Source of the DNA: a virus
Taxonomy: Duplodnaviria > Caudoviricetes
Strand: one strand, 5' to 3'
DNA length: 64,000 nucleotides
IMG/VR virus record: IMGVR_UViG_3300028888_000005
Location: 1 to 64,000 of that record
In this document: piece after piece, positions 47,972 to 58,578 of the stretch
Layout of the letters: every line of letters begins with the position of its first letter
Position numbering within the stretch: the first letter of the stretch is position 1
Notes under the pieces: generated by a model
Database searches by the model: none
The model's input: the letters and a program-made list of their open reading frames with translations, nothing else
What the model was told of the DNA's origin: nothing
Position numbers and translations under genes: made by a program

Positions 47972-49282
47972 ATGGAAATCGAGAAACTAGTAAAGAAAAT
48001 GATGATTGAAGACCCGTTCTATGGGTTCATGCTCACCACACTGGAACGCAGGTTTACGGACCGTGTAGCCAGAATGGGAGTGACCTTCAATCATAACATG
48101 AATGCAGAGCTCCTTATCAACAAGGAGTTTTATGAGACCCTCACAGACGTAGAGCAGTTAGCCTGCCTTAAGCATGAGCTGCTGCATCTTGCGTTTCATC
48201 ACTTAACAATGATGAATGTGTTCCCTAACAAGGAAATAGCTAATATTGCTATGGATCTTGAGGTGAACGGATACATCACAGGACTGCCGAGCTGGGTCTA
48301 TCGTGCATCAGATTATAATCTGAATAACAGGCTAGGAACTATGGCCTACTACAGGGCATTAACCCAACCTCAGCAACAGCAGAAACAACAAGGCAATCCA
48401 GACAAAGAGTGTAATGGAGGAGCCGGTCCGTCACAGCAGAGCCAAGAACATGGTGATAGTACGCAGAATCACCAACAGAGCAGACAGAATCAACAGGATG
48501 ATTCCCAAGATGGCGACCCTAAACAGGAAGACCAAGAACAGCAACAGCCGTCTGCACCAAAGCCACAGCAAGGCTTCGATAAAGAAAAGGCTGTCTGTGA
48601 CCATAATGTATGGGAAGAAGGCGCTGATGAAGCACAGGAGAATGTTGATCTCATCAACAGTGTGATTGATGATATGCTTATCCGTGCAGCTAACAGCGTA
48701 AAGACACGCGGTTTTATTCCTGCTGAGCTGGCCCAGTATATATCTGAGCTAGAGAAACCACTGGAACGTGTATTCGACTGGAAGAAGGCATTCCGCCGTT
48801 TCCTCGGCAACTCATACACTGAGAATAAGAAATCTTCACGAAGGAAAGAGTCACGCAGGTTTGTCGGTGCTGCTGGTTCCAAACATACTAAACGTGCAGA
48901 AGTCCTAGTGGCTATTGACACTTCAGGCTCAGTGAATAAATACGAACTGCATGAGTTCTTTAGTGAGCTTACGTACATGTATAAGACAGGTACAAAGATC
49001 CACGTGCTGGAATGTGACGCTGCTATTCAGCACGAGTATGATTACAAGCCAGGATGCGTCACTAAGGTGCATGGTCGTGGCGGTACCCGCTTTGAGCCCG
49101 TCATCGACTATTACAAGAAACACTATAAGCGCTATGAAACGCTTATCTATTTCACGGATGGAGAAGCTTCGTTGAACTTCACCGTTCCGCAGAACAACAT
49201 GTTATGGGTAATCTCTTCGCAGGGATCGAAGAACAATTATCCTGGAGGAAAAGTTATTTATATCCCAAAACGTAATCATTAA
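47972..49282 (+). CDS. HExxH metallopeptidase-like plus vWA protein
   Basis: HELLH, DTSGS MIDAS, GGGT-like RGGT, YFTDG. Confidence 0.85.
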   Translation: MEIEKLVKKMMIEDPFYGFMLTTLERRFTDRVARMGVTFNHNMNAELLINKEFYETLTDVEQLACLKHELLHLAFHHLTMMNVFPNKEIANIAMDLEVNGYITGLPSWVYRASDYNLNNRLGTMAYYRALTQPQQQQKQQGNPDKECNGGAGPSQQSQEHGDSTQNHQQSRQNQQDDSQDGDPKQEDQEQQQPSAPKPQQGFDKEKAVCDHNVWEEGADEAQENVDLINSVIDDMLIRAANSVKTRGFIPAELAQYISELEKPLERVFDWKKAFRRFLGNSYTENKKSSRRKESRRFVGAAGSKHTKRAEVLVAIDTSGSVNKYELHEFFSELTYMYKTGTKIHVLECDAAIQHEYDYKPGCVTKVHGRGGTRFEPVIDYYKKHYKRYETLIYFTDGEASLNFTVPQNNMLWVISSQGSKNNYPGGKVIYIPKRNH

Positions 49283-49284
49283 TC

Positions 49285-50499
49285 ATGGCAGAATCAATTA
49301 ATCCGAATCAAGCAAAGAGGTTACTTAACCATTTTATCGACACTAATCGTATGCTACAGGATGCAGGACAGTCTCCTGTTGCTATCGGTCTTACAGGACA
49401 ACATGGCATCGGCAAAACCGATATCGTCGAGCAGGTAGCAAAAGAGCGTAACATGGGCTTTGTGAAGCTTTCCCTGCATGAGCTGGAAGAAGTCGGTGAT
49501 CTTGTAGGATATCCGGTCAAGGAGTATCGCATCATCAACAAGGAAACCAACAAAGGCGTATGGGTAGCGGCTGACATGCTTGAATCAGTCAATGATGCTA
49601 AGTGGAAGAAAACACCGAAGTCCCGTATGGCCTATGCAAAGCCTGCATGGGTGCCTGAGTTCAACGAGAACGGCACTATCCTGCTGCTTGATGACTATGC
49701 CAGGTCATCGCAGATGTTGGTGCAAGCAACTATGGGGTTGATCAAGGAAGGCAAATATGTGTCATGGAGCCTTCCTAAGTATACTACTGTAGTCCTGACA
49801 GCTAATCCCGATAATGGCGAGTTCAATGTATGCAGCCTTGACTCGGCACAGAAGACCAGGTTTGCCGACTATAACCTTGAGTTTGAGATTGACTCATGGG
49901 CCAAGTGGGCAGAGGCAGCAAACATTGATTCACGTGCAATCAATTTTGCCTTGAGCTACTCACAGGACCTGTTCTATGAAAAGAACGGTGTGACCATTGC
50001 CTGCCCACGCAGCTATGTAACGTTTGTAAAGGCAATATCAAGTATTAAGGACTGGAAGAAAGACCTCGCCCTTATTCTGCTTATCAGTAAAGGATGCTTT
50101 GACGATAAGGACAATGCTGTCGGCACCATCTTCACAACATTTGTGAAAAACGGTTATGATAAGCTGATCAGTCCCAAGGATGTCTTTATGCAGAGCTGGG
50201 ACACTGTACAATGGAAGCTGAAGAAAGCCATTTATGGCGAAGGTGACGACTTCAGCGACTACAACGCAGCCATTGCATCTATGATGTCAACGAGACTTGT
50301 CAATTGGCTTAATGTGTATTTCAACACTAAGGGATACGAAAGTAAACCTATCGTTGAGAGGTTAACAGAGCTGTTTAACAGCCATTTGTTCTCAGAAGAC
50401 CTTATGTTCCACATCATCAAGACCAGTATCAGTAATCACCCACAACAGCTTGCTAAGCTGATGCAGAATCCAGAAATCACTCAAAAGATTGTGTTATAA
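49285..50499 (+). CDS. MoxR-type AAA+ ATPase
   Basis: GQHGIGKT, LLLDDY, TANP, RF; adjacent to the vWA gene. Confidence 0.85.
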   Translation: MAESINPNQAKRLLNHFIDTNRMLQDAGQSPVAIGLTGQHGIGKTDIVEQVAKERNMGFVKLSLHELEEVGDLVGYPVKEYRIINKETNKGVWVAADMLESVNDAKWKKTPKSRMAYAKPAWVPEFNENGTILLLDDYARSSQMLVQATMGLIKEGKYVSWSLPKYTTVVLTANPDNGEFNVCSLDSAQKTRFADYNLEFEIDSWAKWAEAANIDSRAINFALSYSQDLFYEKNGVTIACPRSYVTFVKAISSIKDWKKDLALILLISKGCFDDKDNAVGTIFTTFVKNGYDKLISPKDVFMQSWDTVQWKLKKAIYGEGDDFSDYNAAIASMMSTRLVNWLNVYFNTKGYESKPIVERLTELFNSHLFSEDLMFHIIKTSISNHPQQLAKLMQNPEITQKIVL

Positions 50500-51524
50500 T
50501 GAGAAGAATACCAATGCACTTATTGGAGTATCCAGAATATGATTTGTATAAACTGGACGAAACCTTTGTAGATGAACAACTGTTCATGCAGAAACTGGCT
50601 GCTGGGCAGCTAGATTTCTACGAACCCTGGAATCGCTATTCTGACTACCCGAGGTTTTTCGTAAACAGCATTCCAACGACATCGTCAACTGTACCGGAAG
50701 GCGCAAAGATAATGTTACACAAATCATGCTCTGTGCCTTCTACTATGCTGAAGAAATACGATGTAATCACATCAGCAAGAACTGATGCGCCTGATTACTT
50801 TGTGTTTCCTAACACTAATTCGACATTACCTACACTGACAGAAGCTATGTTGTTCATTAACCATATGGACAAAATCATCATAGGCATTGAACCGTTGTGG
50901 TACTATAAGCAAAAAGGACTGACACCTGATCAGTATCTCCCAAGTATAGTCAATTTCATGCTTAACGGCAACAAATGCGAGCATCCACATCACTTTGAGG
51001 TATTTGATGAAGAGCTGCATAATGTCAGGTATTCCGAGAACCTCGATGACACGCTGCTCTTATATGCAAAGGATATGCTTCCGCAAGATAGGATAGTGAA
51101 TGAAGACGCGTTGTTCATTGGCGAGGATAAGCTGACCTATGATGTATTCAAGTCTTGCTATCTAATGTCAAAGAGTTCAGACCTGGAGATGTGTAAAGCT
51201 GCACTGATCACATTAGCACAACATGACTGTCATGGTTGGGAAGAGTTGATACATTGGCTTCTGTTCTACCTGTGCGATTATTATAAGGTAATCCAGCCTG
51301 TTAAGCGAAGTCATTCGCCTTTCCGCTGGTTATATGCTCATACAGGAAAAAACAGAAGAAGTATGCCAACTATGTTTGTTGACATGACAAGCATCAGCAT
51401 GGGAAGAAAGCTCGTAACTGAGATGACTGAAGGTGCGTATAAATGGGAAATGGGCGTTCTTATGAAAGAAAGTTACTACAGACCAAAGGAAGAAATTGAA
51501 CAACTGGCTAACCTATTGAATTAA
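50499..51524 (+). CDS. hypothetical protein
   Basis: Coupled to the MoxR gene. Confidence 0.65.
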   Translation: MRRIPMHLLEYPEYDLYKLDETFVDEQLFMQKLAAGQLDFYEPWNRYSDYPRFFVNSIPTTSSTVPEGAKIMLHKSCSVPSTMLKKYDVITSARTDAPDYFVFPNTNSTLPTLTEAMLFINHMDKIIIGIEPLWYYKQKGLTPDQYLPSIVNFMLNGNKCEHPHHFEVFDEELHNVRYSENLDDTLLLYAKDMLPQDRIVNEDALFIGEDKLTYDVFKSCYLMSKSSDLEMCKAALITLAQHDCHGWEELIHWLLFYLCDYYKVIQPVKRSHSPFRWLYAHTGKNRRSMPTMFVDMTSISMGRKLVTEMTEGAYKWEMGVLMKESYYRPKEEIEQLANLLN

Positions 51525-51617
51525 TATTCGCATCTTTATGAGAAAATAGTTGGATAAACATTCGATAATCTCGATAATTTCAAATAACTTTGCAGAAGTT
51601 ATTCATTTATCGGGAAT

Positions 51618-52079
51618 ATGAGCAAATTTCACAGCGACAAAGTCTACGTAGTTAATCTGGGACAAGACTCAGAGCAGACATTCAGCAATAAAGCTAAAGC
51701 TCTTGAGTACTGTCTGGATAACAACATACAGACTGAGATCGCTGTATTTGACTCTAAGAAGGAATACCGCAGATGGGGCATCCTATGCGAGGCTGAGCTA
51801 AGCGGAGAGATCAGCGACCTGCAAAGACAGGTGCCCTATCTATTGGTACCCACACAGTATGAAGAAGTACTCATAACAGGGAAACGCAAGACACGCACAA
51901 AGAAAAGGCGTGTCGAGGCCCCTGTAATCTACAAGGCTGATTTTCAATATCAGCTGAATGACGGGACTCTGGTCGTCGAAGACGTGAAAAGCAAGGCGAC
52001 CAGAAAGCTCCCCGAATACGTAATTAAACGCAAATTGATGCTGCACGTTCATGGCATCAGACTAAAAGAAATCATCTAA
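51618..52079 (+). CDS. DUF1064-like PD-(D/E)XK endonuclease
   Basis: FDSKKE, YKADF, VEDVK; TAACTTTG box at 51585-51592. Confidence 0.8.
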   Translation: MSKFHSDKVYVVNLGQDSEQTFSNKAKALEYCLDNNIQTEIAVFDSKKEYRRWGILCEAELSGEISDLQRQVPYLLVPTQYEEVLITGKRKTRTKKRRVEAPVIYKADFQYQLNDGTLVVEDVKSKATRKLPEYVIKRKLMLHVHGIRLKEII

Positions 52080-52090
52080 AACAAAACAAC

Positions 52091-52489
52091 ATGACTGAAA
52101 CTCCAAACATTAAATTCATTAATCTCGGAAGAACTAGCGCAAATGCGCTGCCAGAAGACATCATCTCACTATACATTGACGATAAGAACTCACGGCGCAT
52201 TACCCTAAACAAAACACTGACAAAGAGACTGAAGGATGAAGACTTCCGTTTCCTGCGTGTAGGATTTTCCGATGTAAGCACAGATGCATACTTCGTGTTC
52301 TGCAAAAAACAGACACCAGATGCACTAATGATTAACCCGGACGGAAAGAATCTTGTCATCAACAGTAAGTTTCTGGTTGATACAATGATCGAGAAAATGG
52401 GACTCAGCGCAAAATCACAGTTGCTGAAAATCACGGATAACATCGCAAATAACTTAGAATATTTAACTTTTAGAGTAAACAAAGCATGA
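52091..52489 (+). CDS. hypothetical protein
   Basis: Operon packing. Confidence 0.6.
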   Translation: MTETPNIKFINLGRTSANALPEDIISLYIDDKNSRRITLNKTLTKRLKDEDFRFLRVGFSDVSTDAYFVFCKKQTPDALMINPDGKNLVINSKFLVDTMIEKMGLSAKSQLLKITDNIANNLEYLTFRVNKA

Positions 52490-53526
52490 AAGAGATTTCA
52501 GAGATTTCATGGCAAGTGACGGAGCCTGAGTACCGTCAGCATCCAGCATTGTCGCAATCCACATTGGGTAAGTATGAGCGCAATGGCAGATTCGATTCAA
52601 TCCCAACTCTGTTCGACAAGGAGAGTTCCCCATCTTTGACATTCGGCTCATTAGTGGACGGTCTGCTTACCGGCACGCCAGAAAAGCTTAAAGAACGTTT
52701 CCTTGTCGCCGAGTTCCCTAAGCTGGAGCCCAAAGAACTGACCGCAGTGATGGCTATGTATGAAGGCTACCACGACAAGTACGCCACAGTGTTTGAGTTC
52801 ACAGAGGAAGACCTCAGAGCAGTGCTCGATGAGGCTGACTTTTACAAGAAGTGGACAGACGATAAACGCTTTGCCAAGGTTTTGTCAGAAGATTGTGCTC
52901 TGTACTACAAGCTGCTCAAGGAGAAGGAGAACAAAGAGCTTATCAATCAAGAGCTTTACAACGAAGCGGAAGCTACTGTACAGGCTCTACGCGGCTCACA
53001 GGCATCGTTCCATTACTTCCGTGCAGACAAAGGCAATATTAAACGTTATTATCAGCTTAAGTTCAAAGATGTCATCGATGGTGTCGAGTATCGTGGTATG
53101 CTTGACCTTATCATCGTAGACTATGAGAACAAAGTGGTTATCCCGTGTGACCTGAAGACCAGCTCATACAGTGAGCACGGCTTCTTTAAGAGCTTCATCA
53201 AGTGGCGCTATGACATCCAAGCCCGTTTGTACTGGAGACTGCTCAGGATGGCAATGGATAAGGATGAGTATTTCAAGGACTTCAAGCTCCTTGACTTCCG
53301 CTTCATCGTCGTCAATAAGGAGAACCGTAATCCTTTAGTATGGGACTTTGCTGATACACAGAAGGACGGAGACTTATCCTATCCTGCTTGTAGTTATCCA
53401 CTTCGTGCTCCGTGGACTATCGGCAAGGAACTCAGGCACTATCTTGATGATACGCCTAAGGTTCCTGATGGTATCACACGTGTAGGAGTAAACCACCTGT
53501 GCGACTATCTGAACCAGAGACCATGA
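52486..53526 (+). CDS. PD-(D/E)XK exonuclease (ExoVIII/RecB-like)
   Basis: GMLD, CDLKT, YDIQARLY. Confidence 0.8.
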   Translation: MKEISEISWQVTEPEYRQHPALSQSTLGKYERNGRFDSIPTLFDKESSPSLTFGSLVDGLLTGTPEKLKERFLVAEFPKLEPKELTAVMAMYEGYHDKYATVFEFTEEDLRAVLDEADFYKKWTDDKRFAKVLSEDCALYYKLLKEKENKELINQELYNEAEATVQALRGSQASFHYFRADKGNIKRYYQLKFKDVIDGVEYRGMLDLIIVDYENKVVIPCDLKTSSYSEHGFFKSFIKWRYDIQARLYWRLLRMAMDKDEYFKDFKLLDFRFIVVNKENRNPLVWDFADTQKDGDLSYPACSYPLRAPWTIGKELRHYLDDTPKVPDGITRVGVNHLCDYLNQRP

Positions 53527-53933
53527 AGCTGATACTCAAACAAACGAATCCAGGCAATCTGCCTTATATAAGCCTGTATCACGGGACTAATCTGTATAAT
53601 TTCCTAGTTGATACAGGCAGTACGTCTAACTGGATTGACCCAAAAGTGATGTTTAATTTCATGCAAGAAGGTGAGTCCCGTGTTGGTACCCGTACACTAA
53701 ATGGCGAGAATTATAAGACACTGATTGCAACGCTACGTGTTGAGCCTCGTGTGTATACGGAAAAGGATGACACAGCGTATAAGTTCAGGGCATCATTCGC
53801 AAGCGGATTCTTGGAGAACCTTGAACAGCTGAACAACAACGTGAACTGCAAAATGCATGGCATCCTTGGCATGGAGTTCCTGCAAGAAAATGGAAGTGAC
53901 ATCGACTTGAAGACACTAACGATGATAATATGA
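53523..53933 (+). CDS. retropepsin-like aspartyl protease
   Basis: FLVDTGS; GILGMEFL. Confidence 0.75.
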   Translation: MKLILKQTNPGNLPYISLYHGTNLYNFLVDTGSTSNWIDPKVMFNFMQEGESRVGTRTLNGENYKTLIATLRVEPRVYTEKDDTAYKFRASFASGFLENLEQLNNNVNCKMHGILGMEFLQENGSDIDLKTLTMII

Positions 53934-55957
53934 TCTTTTTCATCACAAACCGTGGATATACTGGTGCCCATCAGAGGATAAGTGTGGAGGATAGTCTCTC
54001 CGCACTGTCCTCTATGGACATTATCAGTGTTGACACGGAGACTACAGGTCTAGACCCGCATAAGGACACTATCCTTTCCCTTCAGCTCGGCAACAAGGAA
54101 GACCAGTACGTAATCGATTGCACAAGTGTGGACATCGAGAACTACAGGCCCATCCTGGAGAACAAAGACAAGCTGTTGCTCCTATGGAACGCTAAGTTTG
54201 ATTTGCAGTTCTTCTTCAAGCACAAGATTGTGCCGTACAAGGTATGGGACGGATATGTGGTTGAGCAGTTGATGCACCTCGGCCTTTCACACCAGGAGTA
54301 CAGCGCATCATTAAAGACAGCGTGCAAGACGTACCTCGGTGTGGACATGGATAAAACCATACGAGGTCAAATCAACTGGAAGGGACTGAGCGACGATGTC
54401 ATCACCTATGCGGCAGGAGACGTAGAGCATCTTGAACGCATCATGGACTTACAGAAATCCAAACTCGCTAAACTTGGGCTCACAAAGGCTGTGCCTTACG
54501 AGAACAAATTTGTGATACCGTTGGCTTACATGGAGTATTGTGGTATCCGCATGGACACTGAGCGATGGAAGGCTAAGATGGCGCAAGACGCTAAGCGCAG
54601 AGACGAAGCCCTGCTCAAGTGTAACATGTGGATTGTCAACCACTTCAAGGAAGGTGACCACATCTGGGTCGGTGATATTAAGAAGCGAAAGGTCATGCTG
54701 GTGTGGATTAACCGTGAAGGCAACCTGTGGACAGGATATGACCTCACACCGCAAGTAGGCTTGAACTGGAACAGTACAGACCACATGACTACTCTGTTCA
54801 ATATGCTTGGCGTAGACACGTCACAAGGAATAGAAGCTGACCTACTGAAGAAGCAGAAGGACAAGTGTTCGCTTATTCCTCTGTACGTGGCTTATAAGGA
54901 AGCAGCCAAAGCTACATCAGCATTTGGGCAGAACTTCTTAGACCAGCTTGATGAGGAGAGCAGGATTCACACTCGCTTTCATCAGTTCGGCACTAAGACA
55001 GGACGTATCTCGTCTGGTGGAAAAGACGGAAGCAGTCAGAAAGTAAATCTGCTGAACCTGCCACGAGATGCAGAAACCAGAGCCTGCTTTGTGTCTAACC
55101 CAGGCAACAAGTTTGTCAGCATCGACTATTCAGGTCAGGAGTCATTCATCATGGCTGATATTACTGGTGACAAGGCTATGCTTGACGAGCTGAACCATGG
55201 CGAAGGTGATATGCATACCCTGTCAGCCAAGATGTTGTACGATATCCCTAAGGACATGAAAGCGTCTGAGGTGAAGAAGAAGTTCCATGATGAGCGACAA
55301 CAGGCAAAGACGCTTGAGTTCGCTGTATTCTACGGCTCACAAGGAATGGCTGTAGCCAATAAGCTGAACCTATCCAACGAGGAAGCCAGCGAACTGTATG
55401 AGAAGTTCATGGATGGCTTCAGCGGATTAAGGACCTATCAGGACTTCCGCCGTAAGGATTGGACAGATAAAGGCTATATCCTGATCAATAAGAAGACTGG
55501 ACATAAATCATTCGTATCCCACTTCGGTGAATACAAGAAGGATGCTAAGGAGTTTAGCGGAAACGCTTTCTGGAATGAATACCGTACAAGGAAGAAAGAG
55601 AACATACATGACCCGTTAGTGCAACGTGTTCGTGAGTTCTCCAAGCGTAAAAGCGGTATTGAACGTAACTCAATTAACTATCCTGTTCAGGGCACGGGAG
55701 CGCTGTGCATGAAGACAGCGATGGTTAATTTCTTTGAATGGCTGCGCAGGGAAGGACTTCTGTTTAAGGTCCTACTCTGTGTCATGCCCTATGATGAAGT
55801 GTGCTTTGAGGCACCGGATGCCGTAGCAGACAAATGCGCAAACAAGATGCGTGAGTGCATGGTGAAGTCCGGTGCATACTTTGTAACCAAATGCAGCCTA
55901 GACGCTGAAATCTCTTATGACGAAGCTGGCAAGCTGCCTAATTATTGGATTCATTAA
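53930..55957 (+). CDS. polA: DNA polymerase family A with 3'-5' exonuclease
   Basis: DTET, NAKFD, YAAGD; TGRISS, DYSGQE, R..AK...F...YG, NYPVQG, YDE. Confidence 0.92.
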   Translation: MIFFITNRGYTGAHQRISVEDSLSALSSMDIISVDTETTGLDPHKDTILSLQLGNKEDQYVIDCTSVDIENYRPILENKDKLLLLWNAKFDLQFFFKHKIVPYKVWDGYVVEQLMHLGLSHQEYSASLKTACKTYLGVDMDKTIRGQINWKGLSDDVITYAAGDVEHLERIMDLQKSKLAKLGLTKAVPYENKFVIPLAYMEYCGIRMDTERWKAKMAQDAKRRDEALLKCNMWIVNHFKEGDHIWVGDIKKRKVMLVWINREGNLWTGYDLTPQVGLNWNSTDHMTTLFNMLGVDTSQGIEADLLKKQKDKCSLIPLYVAYKEAAKATSAFGQNFLDQLDEESRIHTRFHQFGTKTGRISSGGKDGSSQKVNLLNLPRDAETRACFVSNPGNKFVSIDYSGQESFIMADITGDKAMLDELNHGEGDMHTLSAKMLYDIPKDMKASEVKKKFHDERQQAKTLEFAVFYGSQGMAVANKLNLSNEEASELYEKFMDGFSGLRTYQDFRRKDWTDKGYILINKKTGHKSFVSHFGEYKKDAKEFSGNAFWNEYRTRKKENIHDPLVQRVREFSKRKSGIERNSINYPVQGTGALCMKTAMVNFFEWLRREGLLFKVLLCVMPYDEVCFEAPDAVADKCANKMRECMVKSGAYFVTKCSLDAEISYDEAGKLPNYWIH

Positions 55958-56277
55958 TGACTGAACAAGAAACCAGGAACCCTGATGTTCCCATCGAGAC
56001 CGTATTTAAGTGGAAGCAAGTTGAGTGTTGGAAACTACGTAACGAGAACAGGAAGCTGAAAGCGACTGTTGAGTCCCTGCGCAGAAACATCACTATGATG
56101 CTGCGTGATAAGGAAACCCGCAAAGAAGTGGCCAAAGAAGCCGCTGTAAGGCGTAGGACAATAGAGATCAACAAACTCAACGAAAAGCTCCACAACGCAT
56201 ACGAGAGCATTGAACAACTTATACAAACCAAACTAAAACTGGAGGCAAAACTGAAGGAGTATGAAGAATGCATGTAA
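55957..56277 (+). CDS. coiled-coil hypothetical protein
   Basis: TAATG overlap with polA. Confidence 0.6.
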   Translation: MTEQETRNPDVPIETVFKWKQVECWKLRNENRKLKATVESLRRNITMMLRDKETRKEVAKEAAVRRRTIEINKLNEKLHNAYESIEQLIQTKLKLEAKLKEYEECM

Positions 56278-56491
56278 GGCAATGGCGCAATTTGCTGCGT
56301 CACTAGAGACTGCCCATGACGAGTGGGCAAAGAACAACGTACCTAAATCCACGCTTGATGCGGTAGAGCATCTTGTCAGCAAGTACGGAGGTATAGACAA
56401 CCTGCTGATGATGCTGGCTGTGCTTATCACAAAGCCAGAGGATAAGGACGATGAGTATCCACCAATCAACTTCCTGAAAAGTGAAGGGTAA
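56261..56491 (+). CDS. hypothetical protein
   Basis: ORF track and packing. Confidence 0.55.
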   Translation: MKNACKAMAQFAASLETAHDEWAKNNVPKSTLDAVEHLVSKYGGIDNLLMMLAVLITKPEDKDDEYPPINFLKSEG

Positions 56492-56903
56492 ACCAGTGAA
56501 CCGAGTTGAGCTCCTGCACGCTATCAATGAATGGTGTGCAGGGGTATTCAACCCGTTGATATCATTTCCTGATGTCAATGGGTATCCTAATGTAGTGTAT
56601 CTGTTTGACAAGAACAACAGAGAGATGCTGGAAGATGCCGAACTGCTCATCCAGCATATACAGAAAAGACTGAAACAACCAGTAATGGTATTCATTGAAC
56701 CGTTTGATAACGCACCAAAAGCAGCGTTAACATATAAGCAATGGATAGAGGCAGGAGACAAGATGAAAGCAATAGACTTAAACACAAATGAACAGGTATA
56801 TGTAATGCCTGTATATGATGACAACGGCAGTATAGCCAAGTATGTAAGCAGTAACAAATCGTATAACCCAACTGATCTTAAATTATTTGACAATCAACTA
56901 TGA
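56481..56903 (+). CDS. hypothetical protein
   Basis: ORF track and packing. Confidence 0.55.
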   Translation: MKGKPVNRVELLHAINEWCAGVFNPLISFPDVNGYPNVVYLFDKNNREMLEDAELLIQHIQKRLKQPVMVFIEPFDNAPKAALTYKQWIEAGDKMKAIDLNTNEQVYVMPVYDDNGSIAKYVSSNKSYNPTDLKLFDNQL

Positions 56904-57541
56904 AGAAGTTTTTATTAATGCTGTTCTTGAGTGCAGCTTTTACAACTCAAGCAATTGAACAGGTAACAGTCTCTTATGGGCCTAACTGGAATGGGTGTGT
57001 TACTTTACCTGCGACAGAAGACACTGTTACATTGAGAGTGGAGATTCATCACTGGGATTACGTTCTTGATGAATTTTCATTAGAGTTCTGTATGCCTGAT
57101 GGATTAGAACTTATGTCAATCAGCAGAGGCAGAGACCTTAATGTGGTGGTATTTGATGAACAAGGTGAGCCTTATACTTATTTAACGCCTATCCAAGTGG
57201 ATGATAATCATGTATCATGCAAGATAACTGATCTAGGCTATGAAGATTTAGATGGTGATGGAACCTTTGAATCTTATGGAACAATTAAATTCCCTGAAGG
57301 CAACCAAGAGGTATTACTCATCAATGTAATTATACATGATAACTTTGAGAAAGGAGTTATTACTGTTAATGGATACTTTAACTCTACTAGTGATCAACGA
57401 CTATATACTCCTACCTGCAGATTATTTGAGTTTACTTCTTATTCATTCGTTATGATAGACTATAAAAATGGAGATGTGAATCACGATGGAGAAGTAACTA
57501 TATCTGATGTAACAACACTTATTGACAATTTAATGAGATAG
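56900..57541 (+). CDS. secreted cohesin-like beta protein with C-terminal dockerin repeat
   Basis: Signal peptide MKKFLLMLFLSAAFTTQA; GDVNHDGEVTISDVTTLIDNL. Confidence 0.7.
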   Translation: MKKFLLMLFLSAAFTTQAIEQVTVSYGPNWNGCVTLPATEDTVTLRVEIHHWDYVLDEFSLEFCMPDGLELMSISRGRDLNVVVFDEQGEPYTYLTPIQVDDNHVSCKITDLGYEDLDGDGTFESYGTIKFPEGNQEVLLINVIIHDNFEKGVITVNGYFNSTSDQRLYTPTCRLFEFTSYSFVMIDYKNGDVNHDGEVTISDVTTLIDNLMR

Positions 57542-57543
57542 TT

Positions 57544-58134
57544 ATGAACTACTACATTCAAGGCGATGCAGCAAACGCCGACAAAATCAAGGCTGCGTTT
57601 GAAAAACTGGGGTATGACACATCAAGGCATCTTTTCAATGTCAAGTCAGTTTTGTACTTCACACTTGATGGTAGAATTAGGGCTACAACTTGCAACTGTA
57701 CTCCTGCTATCATCAAGACCCACCCCGACTACCAGGAGTTGGAGTTACCAGTTCAACCCAAGTTCAAGGTTGGTGATTCGTTGCAATCAGGTTCTCATTT
57801 TACCAAGATTCTATCCATAAACCTTGAAGAAGGGAGGTATTATTGCGATAATCACATCATTTCATTTAAGAACCAAGACTTGTGGCATCTTGCGCCGAAG
57901 CCTCACTATGACATCAAGAACTTCAAACCATTTCAGAAGGTGCTTGTGAGGGATGCAGATGATGGTAAGTGGATGGCTGCTTTTTATAGCCATTACATGT
58001 ATGAGGAGAAAGGTTATCCTTGCCAATTTGCTACGATTGGTACTGATATTTATGAACAGTGCATTCCCTTTGAAGGGAATGAGCATTTGTTTAGAACTAT
58101 CGATATGTGTGATGAAATGTACATTAACTGGTAA
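57544..58134 (+). CDS. phage hypothetical protein
   Basis: FKPFQKVLVRD...QCIPFEGNEHL. Confidence 0.7.
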   Translation: MNYYIQGDAANADKIKAAFEKLGYDTSRHLFNVKSVLYFTLDGRIRATTCNCTPAIIKTHPDYQELELPVQPKFKVGDSLQSGSHFTKILSINLEEGRYYCDNHIISFKNQDLWHLAPKPHYDIKNFKPFQKVLVRDADDGKWMAAFYSHYMYEEKGYPCQFATIGTDIYEQCIPFEGNEHLFRTIDMCDEMYINW

Positions 58135-58331
58135 AGATTATGGACTCAACGGATTGAGGTTAATACACATCACGCATCCAGTGTATTCCAAGACCACATT
58201 GCGCCTGACATGAAGGAGTTTCGTGATATTGAGAAGAAAAACCAAGAACTTCTTATGCCTGTCATTAAATGGCAAAGGAGATTAGTTGGTGCTGATAACC
58301 CAACGTGTGAAACAACTAACAAGGACTGATC

Positions 58332-58520
58332 ATGAAGTTTATATTTCTGATTTTACTGATAACAGGAGTATCCTTGTTATCCTATTATAAGATGTTTGAC
58401 GCTCTAACCATTACTGGGGGTTGGGCATGGTTTGGACTTTTATGTATCATCTACTTTGTAGGCGATACGTTGGAAGAACTTGGTAAGTGGATTGGAAAGA
58501 GAAGAAACAAAAAGGCTTGA
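58332..58520 (+). CDS. 62-aa two-TM membrane protein
   Basis: Hydrophobic with a basic C-terminus. Confidence 0.6.
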   Translation: MKFIFLILLITGVSLLSYYKMFDALTITGGWAWFGLLCIIYFVGDTLEELGKWIGKRRNKKA

Positions 58521-58578
58521 GCGATGCCCAAGCCAAGTGTCTTAAAGAAGTATCTGACAAAAGTTCAATTATGTCAGT
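58505..58578 (-). ncRNA. candidate antisense sRNA
   Basis: TTTG-N19-TATCTTTG promoter, 5' hairpin, terminator GGCTTGGGC-ATC-GCTCAAGCC-TTTTT. Confidence 0.6.

Noticed and set aside
30578-55957. Introns or inteins in terL, helicase, primase or polA
   Set aside because: The ORFs are continuous, of ordinary length, and show no splice or homing-endonuclease motifs.
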